Of a stretch of 64,000 bases of DNA, positions 35,749 to 45,179 are shown piece after piece. The translations under genes were made by a program, and so were the position numbers. The first letter of the stretch is position 1. Each line of letters opens with the position of its first letter. Under the pieces are notes generated by a model. It was not told the origin of the DNA, did no database searches, and worked only from the letters and a program-made list of their open reading frames with translations. Origin of the DNA: a virus (lineage: Duplodnaviria > Caudoviricetes); IMG/VR virus record IMGVR_UViG_3300020577_007133, positions 1 through 64,000 of that record; one strand, given 5' to 3'.

Positions 35749-37788
35749 TTATTTATCCCCCTTTTTTGTTTTACTACTTTTTACTTCTTGAAATTTCACT
35801 TCCTTATCCACAACACACAATGAGTAAGGTGTGTCTTCGGTAACATTCCCTTTAATAATTTCTTCGGATACATAATCCTCAATTTTATCTTGGATTGCTC
35901 GTTTGATTGGTCTAGCACCATAGGTTTCATCAAAACCAACTTCCGAGATTAAATCTAAAATAGTATCATCAAAAGTGATGTTATATTTTAGTCCGATTAA
36001 TCGTTTAGACAATTTATCTAATTCTAATTTAACTATCTTCTTAACTTCATCTTTACCTAATGAATTAAAGATGATAACTTCATCAATTCTATTTAAGAAT
36101 TCCGGGGTGAAAAATTTTTTAAGTTCTTTTTTCAATGTTTCTCGTTTGTATTCTTCCTCCGCGTATGAACTATTACCGGTTTTAAAACCAACACCGGAAC
36201 CGAAGTCTTGTAATTTTTTAACCCCCACGTTTGATGTCATAATGATAACACAATTTTTGAAGTTAATTTTTCTACCCATACCATCGGTAAGGTGACCATC
36301 GTCTAATACCTGAAGTAGTGAACCAAAGATGTCTTTGTTTGCTTTCTCAATCTCATCAAAAAGGATAACTGAGTAAGGTTTGTTTTTTACTTGTTCGGTA
36401 AGTTGTCCTCCTTCATCATATCCTACGTATCCCGGAGGTGCTCCGATTAAACGTGAGATAGAATGTTTCTCTTGGTATTCGGACATATCAACACGAATCA
36501 TATTGTCTTCACTACCGAACATTTGTTTGGCTAGTTGTTTTGCCAAATATGTTTTTCCTACACCGGTTGAACCAAGGAAGATGAAAGAACCAATTGGTTT
36601 ATTTGGGTCTTTAATACCAACTCTGTTTCTTCTAATTGATTTAACAATTTTTGAAACCGCGTCAGATTGTCCAATAACTTTATCAGAAAGAATGTTTTCC
36701 ATTTCAGATAATGTTTTGGTTTCATCTGAATTAATTTTGGTTACCGGAATTTTGGTCATATTGGAAACCACTTCATAAACCAAATCTAAGGTAATTTCTT
36801 TTTTATTGTTTAAGGATTCTTCCTCAAACTTTTTCTTTTCCGCTTCAAGTTTGTTAAGGATTCGTTTTTCCTTATCTCGAAGATTGGCTGCTTCTTCATA
36901 ACGTTGTTGTTTAACAACATCAATCTTTTCTTGTTTGATATCCGCGGCTTGTTGTTTAAGTTTTTCGATGGATTCCGGTAGTTTAACTTCAACCTGACTT
37001 CTCGCTCCTACCTCATCAATAATATCAAAAGCTTTATCCGGGAATTCTCTGTCGGTGATATATCTGTCCGCCAAATCAACACAAGTTGATAGTACCTCAT
37101 CAGAATAAGTTACCTTATGGTAATCTTCATATTTTGATTTAACATTTTGAAGAATAATTAAGGTTTCTTCTTTGGTTGCAGCATCCACAATTACTTTTTG
37201 GAAACGTCTCTCTAACGCTCCGTCTTTCTCAAAGTTTTTACGATATTCGTCTAATGTTGTTGCTCCGACACATTGAATTTCTCCACGGGCAAGTGCAGGT
37301 TTGAAAATATTTGATGCGTCCATTGAACCGGATGAATTTCCCGCTCCAACGATTGTATGAATTTCGTCGATGAATACAATTATGTTTGGGGCGTTTTGAA
37401 GTTCCTCAATAATTACTTTCATCCTTTCTTCAAATTGACCTCGATATTTGGTACCGGCAACAATTGAAGTCATATCTAATGATACAATACGTTTATCCAT
37501 TAAATTCCTTGGACAATCTCCTTCAAAAATCTTAATGGCTAATCCCTCAACAATCGCTGTCTTACCACATCCGGGCTCACCAATAATAATTGGGTTATTT
37601 TTCTTTCTACGAGAAAGAATTTGAGCAATTCGAGTAATTTCACGCTCTCGACCAACAACCGGGTCAAGTTTTCCTTCTTGGGCTAATTTAATAAGGTCTC
37701 TACTAAAATTATCTAATACAGGTGTAGAAGAGTCTGTTTTGACTGCTTTATTACCACCGTTTGCTCCACCATCTAATGAATCTGTCAT
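35749..37788 (-). CDS. clpC: ClpC-like AAA+ chaperone lacking the N-terminal Clp repeats
   Basis: Two AAA modules (GEPGCGKT, GSTGVGKT), UVR middle domain, VGF loop. Confidence 0.85.
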   Translation of the reverse strand: MTDSLDGGANGGNKAVKTDSSTPVLDNFSRDLIKLAQEGKLDPVVGREREITRIAQILSRRKKNNPIIIGEPGCGKTAIVEGLAIKIFEGDCPRNLMDKRIVSLDMTSIVAGTKYRGQFEERMKVIIEELQNAPNIIVFIDEIHTIVGAGNSSGSMDASNIFKPALARGEIQCVGATTLDEYRKNFEKDGALERRFQKVIVDAATKEETLIILQNVKSKYEDYHKVTYSDEVLSTCVDLADRYITDREFPDKAFDIIDEVGARSQVEVKLPESIEKLKQQAADIKQEKIDVVKQQRYEEAANLRDKEKRILNKLEAEKKKFEEESLNNKKEITLDLVYEVVSNMTKIPVTKINSDETKTLSEMENILSDKVIGQSDAVSKIVKSIRRNRVGIKDPNKPIGSFIFLGSTGVGKTYLAKQLAKQMFGSEDNMIRVDMSEYQEKHSISRLIGAPPGYVGYDEGGQLTEQVKNKPYSVILFDEIEKANKDIFGSLLQVLDDGHLTDGMGRKINFKNCVIIMTSNVGVKKLQDFGSGVGFKTGNSSYAEEEYKRETLKKELKKFFTPEFLNRIDEVIIFNSLGKDEVKKIVKLELDKLSKRLIGLKYNITFDDTILDLISEVGFDETYGARPIKRAIQDKIEDYVSEEIIKGNVTEDTPYSLCVVDKEVKFQEVKSSKTKKGDK

Positions 37789-37860
37789 AATTTTTTACTT
37801 AATTAATAATTTATGATGCAAAGATAAACATATTTTTTTTAAATCCAAATATTTATTGAT

Positions 37861-38202
37861 ATGAAATTACAAAGCGGTTGGAAAAAATATTTGGAAGTAA
37901 TCGATGAGTTGAAAGAATTGGAATCAATTTATCGTGAATTACGTCACGCATTTAGACGTGAGGGTTGGACTGAAAAGGATTTAGAGAAACCACCATACTA
38001 CCCGACAGATATAATGAGAAATTTTCAAAGATATTCCGATGAGCAAACCAGAGTTTTTCATTTATTAAAAGATTATTTTGATATAAAAGATTTTAATGAA
38101 TACACTGATTACTTAAAAGAAAGACTTCGTATTATTGATTTAGAAATACCTTTAAAAGATGGCGATACTAAAAGAAACAATTCAAGGGACGAAGATAATT
38201 AA
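37861..38202 (+). CDS. hypothetical protein
   Basis: Late motif upstream. Confidence 0.65.
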   Translation: MKLQSGWKKYLEVIDELKELESIYRELRHAFRREGWTEKDLEKPPYYPTDIMRNFQRYSDEQTRVFHLLKDYFDIKDFNEYTDYLKERLRIIDLEIPLKDGDTKRNNSRDEDN

Positions 38203-38401
38203 TGAAATTAAATCTTCAAACGTAAAAAAAACCGAATACGACACTGAAACAAAAAAATTAGTTGTGGAATTTAACAACGGATTAAAGTACGAGTATGATG
38301 ATGTTCCTCATCAAATATATACTCAATTCAGAATGGCAGAATCTCAAGGAAAATTCTTCTCTTCAAAAATAGTTAAAACTTACAAACACAAAAAATTGTA
38401 A
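38159..38401 (+). CDS. KTSC domain protein
   Basis: SSNV..YD..LVVEF..YEYDDVP..AESQGKFF. Confidence 0.85.
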   Translation: MAILKETIQGTKIINEIKSSNVKKTEYDTETKKLVVEFNNGLKYEYDDVPHQIYTQFRMAESQGKFFSSKIVKTYKHKKL

Positions 38402-38431
38402 CAATTATACTTTTTAAAGTATTTATGGATA

Positions 38432-39205
38432 ATGAGTAATTTAAAAAGTATTTTATCAAGTTTTCATTTAAAGGATAAACTAAATCCTAAGATTTGGGTT
38501 TTACCTAATGAAAGAGCTATGTCCGACCCAAAAGGACAGATGGAGACTATGAGACCTAAAGTCAGAGAAAGATTAATTGATATCGCTGACGAATTTATAG
38601 ATTTCTTAGGTGTAGATGTGATAGTATCAGATGTAATGATGACCGGGTCATTAGCTAATTATAATTGGTCTCAATTTTCAGATATTGATTTACATATAAT
38701 CGTTGATTTTGAACAATTCTCAGATAGAGAATTACCATTATATGAAGAACTTTTCAAATTAAAAAAAACTTTATTTAACGATAAGCACAATATCACCATT
38801 TTTGGTTACGATGTTGAGTTATACGTTCAAAATGAATCAGAATCACATTTTAGTAGCGGTGAATACTCAGTATTATATGATGAATGGATAACGAAACCTA
38901 AAATAGATAATACTGAAGTTGATACTGAACTAATCAAGAAGAAGTCACAACAATGGATGAACCAAATTGATATGGTTATTGAAAACGCGAAAAAAGAACC
39001 ATTGGATGTTGCAATAGATTTAATTGATAAGTATAAAGATAAGATTAAGAAATATAGAACTGCCGGGTTAGAAAAAGGTGGTGAAATGTCTGATGAAAAT
39101 TTAGTTTTTAAAGTTTTAAGACGAAACGGTTATATCCAAAAACTTTTTGATTTTCAAACTGAATATAAAGATGAAAAACTTTCTTTAGCCGAAAAAACAA
39201 TATAA
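38432..39205 (+). CDS. Pol-beta-superfamily nucleotidyltransferase
   Basis: GSLANYNW..SDIDLH..DVELYVQ. Confidence 0.75.
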   Translation: MSNLKSILSSFHLKDKLNPKIWVLPNERAMSDPKGQMETMRPKVRERLIDIADEFIDFLGVDVIVSDVMMTGSLANYNWSQFSDIDLHIIVDFEQFSDRELPLYEELFKLKKTLFNDKHNITIFGYDVELYVQNESESHFSSGEYSVLYDEWITKPKIDNTEVDTELIKKKSQQWMNQIDMVIENAKKEPLDVAIDLIDKYKDKIKKYRTAGLEKGGEMSDENLVFKVLRRNGYIQKLFDFQTEYKDEKLSLAEKTI

Positions 39206-39289
39206 TTAATAATAAACCTAATGGAATTATAACATTTTTAATTCCGAATATATTTATATATAAAATAATTCCGAAAAAAACACTATAAA

Positions 39290-40633
39290 ATGGGAAACAA
39301 TTTAAAACCGATTGGTAGCGAAAAACTTGAAGGTTTGGAAAAAATCCAACGTATTATGGAAATCGCTAGATACAAAGAAAATATTCCTACGCCTATAAAT
39401 GAAGACAAATCAACTGAATATACAAAAGTTTTAGCTGATGGTAAAACTTATAGAATCGATAAGGAAAAAAATGGTTACGTTATCAAAAGAAGTTTAACTG
39501 AATCAACTGATGAATTTGATTATATGGAACCAATGAAAAATAGAAAATATTATTCATCATATTCTCAAGCGTTCAAACGTTTAAATTTAGTTGCAAAAGA
39601 GGTTAACATTAATGAAGGTAACGATAAAAATGTTAATTTATTTTATGAGAGTCCTGAAGAAGCCACTAAATACATTTTAAAAATGGGTGGTGGTGAAACA
39701 TCAGAACAAGCCGCTCCGGCACCTGCACCCGCTCCGGCACCTGCACCCGCTCCGGCACCTGCTCCATCTCCTGAACCATCACCGGCTCCTGAGGAACCGA
39801 TTGATGATGTTGACGTTGATGTAGATGTTGATATGGAAGAGGATAATGAACCGGTAAGTCTTAAACTTATTCAAAAAATCACAGGTAGGTTAGCTCAAAG
39901 AATTAGAGAATATCGTGAAACTGAGGAAGGACAACAAATGAGTTCAAATGATATTAAATATGTTATTAATTCTGTATTATCTTCATTAGATTTAGATTCA
40001 TTAGATGAAGAGGATAAGGAAGAAATTATGAACAAATTTGAAGGTGTTGAAGATGAAGGTGATATGGGAGGATTTAATCCTGATGAAATGGGTGGTGAAG
40101 AACCAACACCTGAGGGAGAACCAACTCCAACACCGGATTTAGAAGGTGAGATGGCGGAAGGTTTTGATGATTTTGAAGTTAAATCCAAATTCAGTGATTA
40201 TGACGATGATGATTTTAAAGAAATTGATTTTGAGAAAGATTTTGATTTTGAACCAAGACACCCGAAACATAGAAATTTAAGACATCCTGATATTAAGGAT
40301 GATGAGGCAGGTCATTTAGAAGATATGATTGAAGGTATCTTTACTGAGTCAAAAGTTGATAAAATTATCGAAGGGTATTTTAAAATTGACGAAAAAGAAA
40401 AACAATTAATCGAATCAAAACAAAGAAATGAAAAATTGTTAAAAGAGGAGAGAAAACAAAAAATATCAAAAATTAAAAAATTATCTGAAAGTATTTCTCA
40501 AGAAGTAGGTTCGACTAAATTTTTAAATTCAAATCCTAAAGCTAAATTAGTTGGTAAAACCAATAAGAAAAATTTAGTATTTGAAATGGATGGAAAACAA
40601 TATAGAGTAAATACTAAAGGTCAGGTGATATAA
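39290..40633 (+). CDS. putative head/virion protein with PA linker
   Basis: Late cluster; acidic; many (I/L)xE sites. Confidence 0.6.
   Translation: MGNNLKPIGSEKLEGLEKIQRIMEIARYKENIPTPINEDKSTEYTKVLADGKTYRIDKEKNGYVIKRSLTESTDEFDYMEPMKNRKYYSSYSQAFKRLNLVAKEVNINEGNDKNVNLFYESPEEATKYILKMGGGETSEQAAPAPAPAPAPAPAPAPAPSPEPSPAPEEPIDDVDVDVDVDMEEDNEPVSLKLIQKITGRLAQRIREYRETEEGQQMSSNDIKYVINSVLSSLDLDSLDEEDKEEIMNKFEGVEDEGDMGGFNPDEMGGEEPTPEGEPTPTPDLEGEMAEGFDDFEVKSKFSDYDDDDFKEIDFEKDFDFEPRHPKHRNLRHPDIKDDEAGHLEDMIEGIFTESKVDKIIEGYFKIDEKEKQLIESKQRNEKLLKEERKQKISKIKKLSESISQEVGSTKFLNSNPKAKLVGKTNKKNLVFEMDGKQYRVNTKGQVI
39711..39762 (+). repeat. 18-bp coding tandem repeat (APAPAP)
   Basis: CCGCTCCGGCACCTGCAC about x3. 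Confidence 0.85.
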
Positions 40634-41043
40634 TGAATTATTTAATATATGTTAATGAATTAGGACCGAACTATAAAGGAGATAACATATACGAATTTAT
40701 TTTTTCGGATGATTTGGAAGATGTATGGGGAGAAAATTGGGAGTCATCTCCAGCAAATGAAAACCCACTTCCACCGGATTTAGAACACATAAAAAAAGTA
40801 GGAGTTTTGAAGAATGACCAAATCACATTGTCAGTAATTCAAAACTCTGACTATTTTACGATGTTAGATTCGATTGACGGTATTATTGCTTTAGCATACG
40901 AAAACGATAGTAGTGATATCGATTTTGCTAAACAAAAACGATTGGTTTTTAAATACGGTGAAACCGAAGAATCAGTCAAAGATAAATTATATGAACGAGA
41001 TTTCGTTTTAGAATTTGAAAAAACATTAAAATATGAACACTAA
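40633..41043 (+). CDS. hypothetical protein
   Basis: Operonic ORF. Confidence 0.75.
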   Translation: MNYLIYVNELGPNYKGDNIYEFIFSDDLEDVWGENWESSPANENPLPPDLEHIKKVGVLKNDQITLSVIQNSDYFTMLDSIDGIIALAYENDSSDIDFAKQKRLVFKYGETEESVKDKLYERDFVLEFEKTLKYEH

Positions 41044-41992
41044 TAAGAAAAAATTAAAATTAGTTAAAGAAGGTATCAAAGCTTCTACTTTAAATAAAAT
41101 GTCTGATAAACAAGTCGACATTTTATTTAATCGATTATTGGAATCTAAGAAAGAAACTGACGAGGCTGTGACTCAAAATGTTCAAAAAACAACGTATAGT
41201 AATAGTGAGGCGAAAGGTAAAAGTTTTGCCGGAACGACTACTATTAATACGGATGGGTCTGTAACAGTTACCAAAGAAGGTGAAGTTAAAGAAGATGATG
41301 ATATTGATTTAGTCCAAGACCCGGACGCAAGTGCTGATGGTATGGGTATGTTTGAGGAAAAAGAAATTGACGAAAAATTTGAATCAAAAAAACAACAAAA
41401 ATATTTCTTCGCTAAATGTGGTGATGGAAAAACAACAGAACAAAAAAAATGGTGTAAAATGGCGGATGAATTCGCAAAAAAAACTAACTTTGCAAAACTT
41501 CCTGAAAAGAAAAAGAAAGAAACCAATGAAGGTTATAAAGATATGGTAGGTGGTGCGTTTAATAAAGTTATGAAAAGTAAACTTAATCAAATGGGTCCGA
41601 AACCAACTTTTGGGGAAAGCGAAATTGAAAAACAAATTTTAAGATTAGTGGAAAAACACATTACACCAAAGATGACGAAAAAAGAACTAGTTAATTTAAT
41701 TGAAGGTGATACTAAAACCGCACCTGCAAAACCAAAAGAAAAAGAAAGAGTAAAACCAAAACATCCTTTTAAACCTGACCCGGATAAGAAAGGGGCTCCA
41801 AAGGCTAAAAAAACTGAAATGGATGAGGACACTAAAACTGCACCGGTCAAACCTAAAGTTAAACCCGGTACAACTCCAAGACCTAAACACCCATTTCAAC
41901 CTAATCCGGATAAAAAAGGTGCTCCAAAAGCCCAAAAGAAAGAATTACCAAGTTTTTTAACATTTAACGCAATAGGTCTTAATAACAAATAA
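41033..41992 (+). CDS. putative virion protein, K/P-rich duplicated motif
   Basis: DTKTAP..PKHPF.P.PDKKGAPKA twice. Confidence 0.65.
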   Translation: MNTNKKKLKLVKEGIKASTLNKMSDKQVDILFNRLLESKKETDEAVTQNVQKTTYSNSEAKGKSFAGTTTINTDGSVTVTKEGEVKEDDDIDLVQDPDASADGMGMFEEKEIDEKFESKKQQKYFFAKCGDGKTTEQKKWCKMADEFAKKTNFAKLPEKKKKETNEGYKDMVGGAFNKVMKSKLNQMGPKPTFGESEIEKQILRLVEKHITPKMTKKELVNLIEGDTKTAPAKPKEKERVKPKHPFKPDPDKKGAPKAKKTEMDEDTKTAPVKPKVKPGTTPRPKHPFQPNPDKKGAPKAQKKELPSFLTFNAIGLNNK

Positions 41993-41993
41993 T

Positions 41994-43367
41994 ATGAGTG
42001 CAAATTTAAAAATGGATAACGTTTTAAAAGTCAAAAGTGACTTAGATAAAAAATTAATCAGTGAAGGATTGACCGAAAACGAAACTAAGATGTTAAATGA
42101 GATTAATCGTAGATTAAGTGAGGCACCTATTGATTATGAAGGACCTGAAAGAATGGAACCCGGGATTGAGAGACAAATAACTCAAAAACGAACACCATAT
42201 CACGAACATCCGGCATTACCAACTGATGGTGATAGAGATTATATTGAATTAATTTCTTCTCAACGATTTAAAGATTCTGTTGAGAAAGTTAGACAATTTT
42301 TAGGTGATACTAGACCAATCCAAGGTAATAACGCCTTTATGGGATTAATTTCTTCCATTATGGGTAGTTTAGGACAAATTGTTATGATTCAATCACAACA
42401 TAAAGAATATCTTGAAAATTTAGCCGTCGATTTAGTTAAAAAAGAATTAGGTATCCCTGAAGGTCAATTACAATTTGACGTTGAATTAGTTGGTGGAGGT
42501 ATGAGTGCCGCAGAAGGAATGCAAACACAACCTCAACAACCGGACGAAGAAGATGTTGAAGAAGCATTTAAGGAAGGTGAAGAACATCAGGAAGAGATGG
42601 AAGACTTTATGGATGCTATGGAAAAATTCAACTTAGAAAAAGCTAAGAGAAGAATGATTAATTCATTAGTTCAAGGTGCGGCTTTTAAAGGTGGGCATAT
42701 GTACGTATTAGTGAGTGATGAAATCAATAGATTAAATCCTCAATTATTAAACTTATATGGTGTTACCCAATCATTAATGGAACATTTATATTGGTTATAT
42801 CCTGATATGGAAGGAATGGCTGGTTCAGGTGGTGGTCAATTAGGACAATCAGAATCAGACCCTGAGACTGACCCACCAACAATTAAAGCAAAGGCGGTTA
42901 CTTTCCCATTATTAGTTCACGAAATTGTTAAAGGTATTTATTCTTTATATGGTGACCAAGGATTACCTAACGACCCGGTTCAAAGAAATATGGTTGTTAG
43001 TGCTGAGGATTCTTTACCATCGGAAATTTGGGATTCAAGGTTAGGTCCTATTTTTTGGGAGAAATTTAGAGACGCTTGGCCTGACAAATTATATGAAGAC
43101 GACCAAAGACATCTTCAACAATATTTATTTATGAGATTGTCTCAATTAGACGCGAGACAATTCCTAAACTTGGCTAACGCTATTTTAGCCGATAAACCAG
43201 AAGCAAAACAGGTAATTGATAGAATGGTTAATGAAATCGTCGATATTCTTAAAAAACACGAATACGAGACAAAAATGTATGACGATGAAAACGATGATGA
43301 TTATGGTGATGACGATGATGATTTTGACGATTTAGATGATATCGATTTGTCTTCATTAGGATTCTAA
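41994..43367 (+). CDS. conserved hypothetical protein upstream of terminase
   Basis: 457-aa ORF. Confidence 0.75.
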   Translation: MSANLKMDNVLKVKSDLDKKLISEGLTENETKMLNEINRRLSEAPIDYEGPERMEPGIERQITQKRTPYHEHPALPTDGDRDYIELISSQRFKDSVEKVRQFLGDTRPIQGNNAFMGLISSIMGSLGQIVMIQSQHKEYLENLAVDLVKKELGIPEGQLQFDVELVGGGMSAAEGMQTQPQQPDEEDVEEAFKEGEEHQEEMEDFMDAMEKFNLEKAKRRMINSLVQGAAFKGGHMYVLVSDEINRLNPQLLNLYGVTQSLMEHLYWLYPDMEGMAGSGGGQLGQSESDPETDPPTIKAKAVTFPLLVHEIVKGIYSLYGDQGLPNDPVQRNMVVSAEDSLPSEIWDSRLGPIFWEKFRDAWPDKLYEDDQRHLQQYLFMRLSQLDARQFLNLANAILADKPEAKQVIDRMVNEIVDILKKHEYETKMYDDENDDDYGDDDDDFDDLDDIDLSSLGF

Positions 43368-43389
43368 AAAAATTACCGACAACGTATGT

Positions 43390-45159
43390 ATGTCGAATTT
43401 AACTAAAGAACAAGTATTAATTGAATACGTAAAATGTAATAGAGATACTGAATACGCATTAAGAACTTACTTAGAAACGTATGATAACACGGTAAAAAAA
43501 TATGTTCCATTAGAACTTTTTCCGGACCAAATTACTCTATTAGATGATTATGAAAACTACAATGAAAACATAGCATTAAAATACAGACAAGCCGGGGTAT
43601 CAACAGTTACCGCGGCTTGGATGTCTAAAAGACTGGTTTTCGCAAGAAAAGAAACTCCTGAAAAAATATTAATTATTGCGAATAAGTTGGATACCTCATT
43701 AGAGATGGCCAATAAAATTCGTTCATTTGTTGGTCAATGGCCATCTTGGACCGGTGTAGGTTTTGATAAAGCCAAAAATTCCCAAAAACATTATAAATTA
43801 ACAAATGGTTGTGAGGTTAAAGCCGTTGCGACATCTAAGGATGCGTTACGTGGTTTTACACCTACAATACTTGTATTTGATGAGGCCGCGTTTATCGAAG
43901 CAGACAGTGACTTTTGGTCTGCGTGTATGGCATCCCTATCTACAGGGGGTAAAGTAATTGTTGTTTCTACACCGAATGGTTATGACGCAATTTACTATGA
44001 GATATATGACCAAGCGTTACGTAATATGAATGATTTCAAAATTACGGAAATGTTTTGGTATAGAGACCCAAGATATACTAAAGATTTATTTTTTGTTAAA
44101 ACAGATAATATTATTCATTATTTATTAAATAAAGAAGAGTATGACCCTAATACGTTTATTGATTGGGGTGTTAAATCTTATGACTCGAGGAATTTTGATG
44201 AGGTCAAAATATTAATGGCTGACGGTTACAAACCTTGTTCTTCTTGGTTTGAGGCGATGGTTAAGAAATTAAAATACGATAAACGTAAAGTATCTCAGGA
44301 GTTAGAATGTAACTTCTTAGGTTCCGGGGATAACGTATTTGATTCATTAATGATGCAAGATATTCGTGAGAATATGATTTTGGAACCAATACAAAAACTT
44401 ATGGGTAATGCTCTTTGGATTTGGAAGGAACCGGTTGTTGGTCATAAATATATAATGGGTGTCGATGTTTCCCGCGGGGATTCTGAAGATTTTAGTTCGT
44501 TCCAAATTATAGATTTTGACGAAAGAGAACAAGTTGCGGAATACGTTGGTAAATTACCTCCTGATACTATGGCGGAAATTTGTTTTAAATGGGCTAAAAT
44601 ATATTCGGCATATGTTGTTATTGATATTACCGGAGGTATGGGTGTTGCAACATCAAGAAAATTACAAGAAATGAATTATAAGGATTTATATGTTGACGGT
44701 GTTGAATTAGGTAATCAATGGAAATATGACCCTAAGGCAGCAGAAAAAATCCCGGGAATTAACTTTAATAATAAACGTGTTCAAATCATCGCCTCGTTTG
44801 AGGAAGCGATGAGACACAAATTTAGAATTTATAGTTCTCGTTTATATAACGAGATGAATACATTTGTTTATATTAATGGTCGTCCTGACCACCAAAAAGG
44901 TCATCACGATGATATGATTATGTCTATTTCGATGGCAACATACGTGGGGGAATCATCCTTTGCTAAACTAACTAAAGTTACAGAACAAACTAAGGCTATG
45001 TTAGAGTCTTGGTCTGTTAGTAATAATGAAACGGTTAAAGAGCATATTCATTTTGACCCAGTAATTCCACATTATCAAGATAGAATTAACCAATTTAACG
45101 GACAACAACTTAGTCGAGAAGATTATCAAAGATATGGTTGGTTATTTGGTATGAGATAA
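43390..45159 (+). CDS. terL: terminase large subunit (T4 gp17-like)
   Basis: LKYRQAGVST, VFDEAAF, STPNG, QELECNFLGS, GVDVSRG, HDD. Confidence 0.95.
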   Translation: MSNLTKEQVLIEYVKCNRDTEYALRTYLETYDNTVKKYVPLELFPDQITLLDDYENYNENIALKYRQAGVSTVTAAWMSKRLVFARKETPEKILIIANKLDTSLEMANKIRSFVGQWPSWTGVGFDKAKNSQKHYKLTNGCEVKAVATSKDALRGFTPTILVFDEAAFIEADSDFWSACMASLSTGGKVIVVSTPNGYDAIYYEIYDQALRNMNDFKITEMFWYRDPRYTKDLFFVKTDNIIHYLLNKEEYDPNTFIDWGVKSYDSRNFDEVKILMADGYKPCSSWFEAMVKKLKYDKRKVSQELECNFLGSGDNVFDSLMMQDIRENMILEPIQKLMGNALWIWKEPVVGHKYIMGVDVSRGDSEDFSSFQIIDFDEREQVAEYVGKLPPDTMAEICFKWAKIYSAYVVIDITGGMGVATSRKLQEMNYKDLYVDGVELGNQWKYDPKAAEKIPGINFNNKRVQIIASFEEAMRHKFRIYSSRLYNEMNTFVYINGRPDHQKGHHDDMIMSISMATYVGESSFAKLTKVTEQTKAMLESWSVSNNETVKEHIHFDPVIPHYQDRINQFNGQQLSREDYQRYGWLFGMR

Positions 45160-45179
45160 TATTTATCTAAAAAGAATAA

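Noticed and set aside
38432-39205. CCA-adding enzyme for the CCA-less tRNAs
   Set aside because: Lacks class II motifs such as RRDFT; only the generic Pol-beta signature is present.
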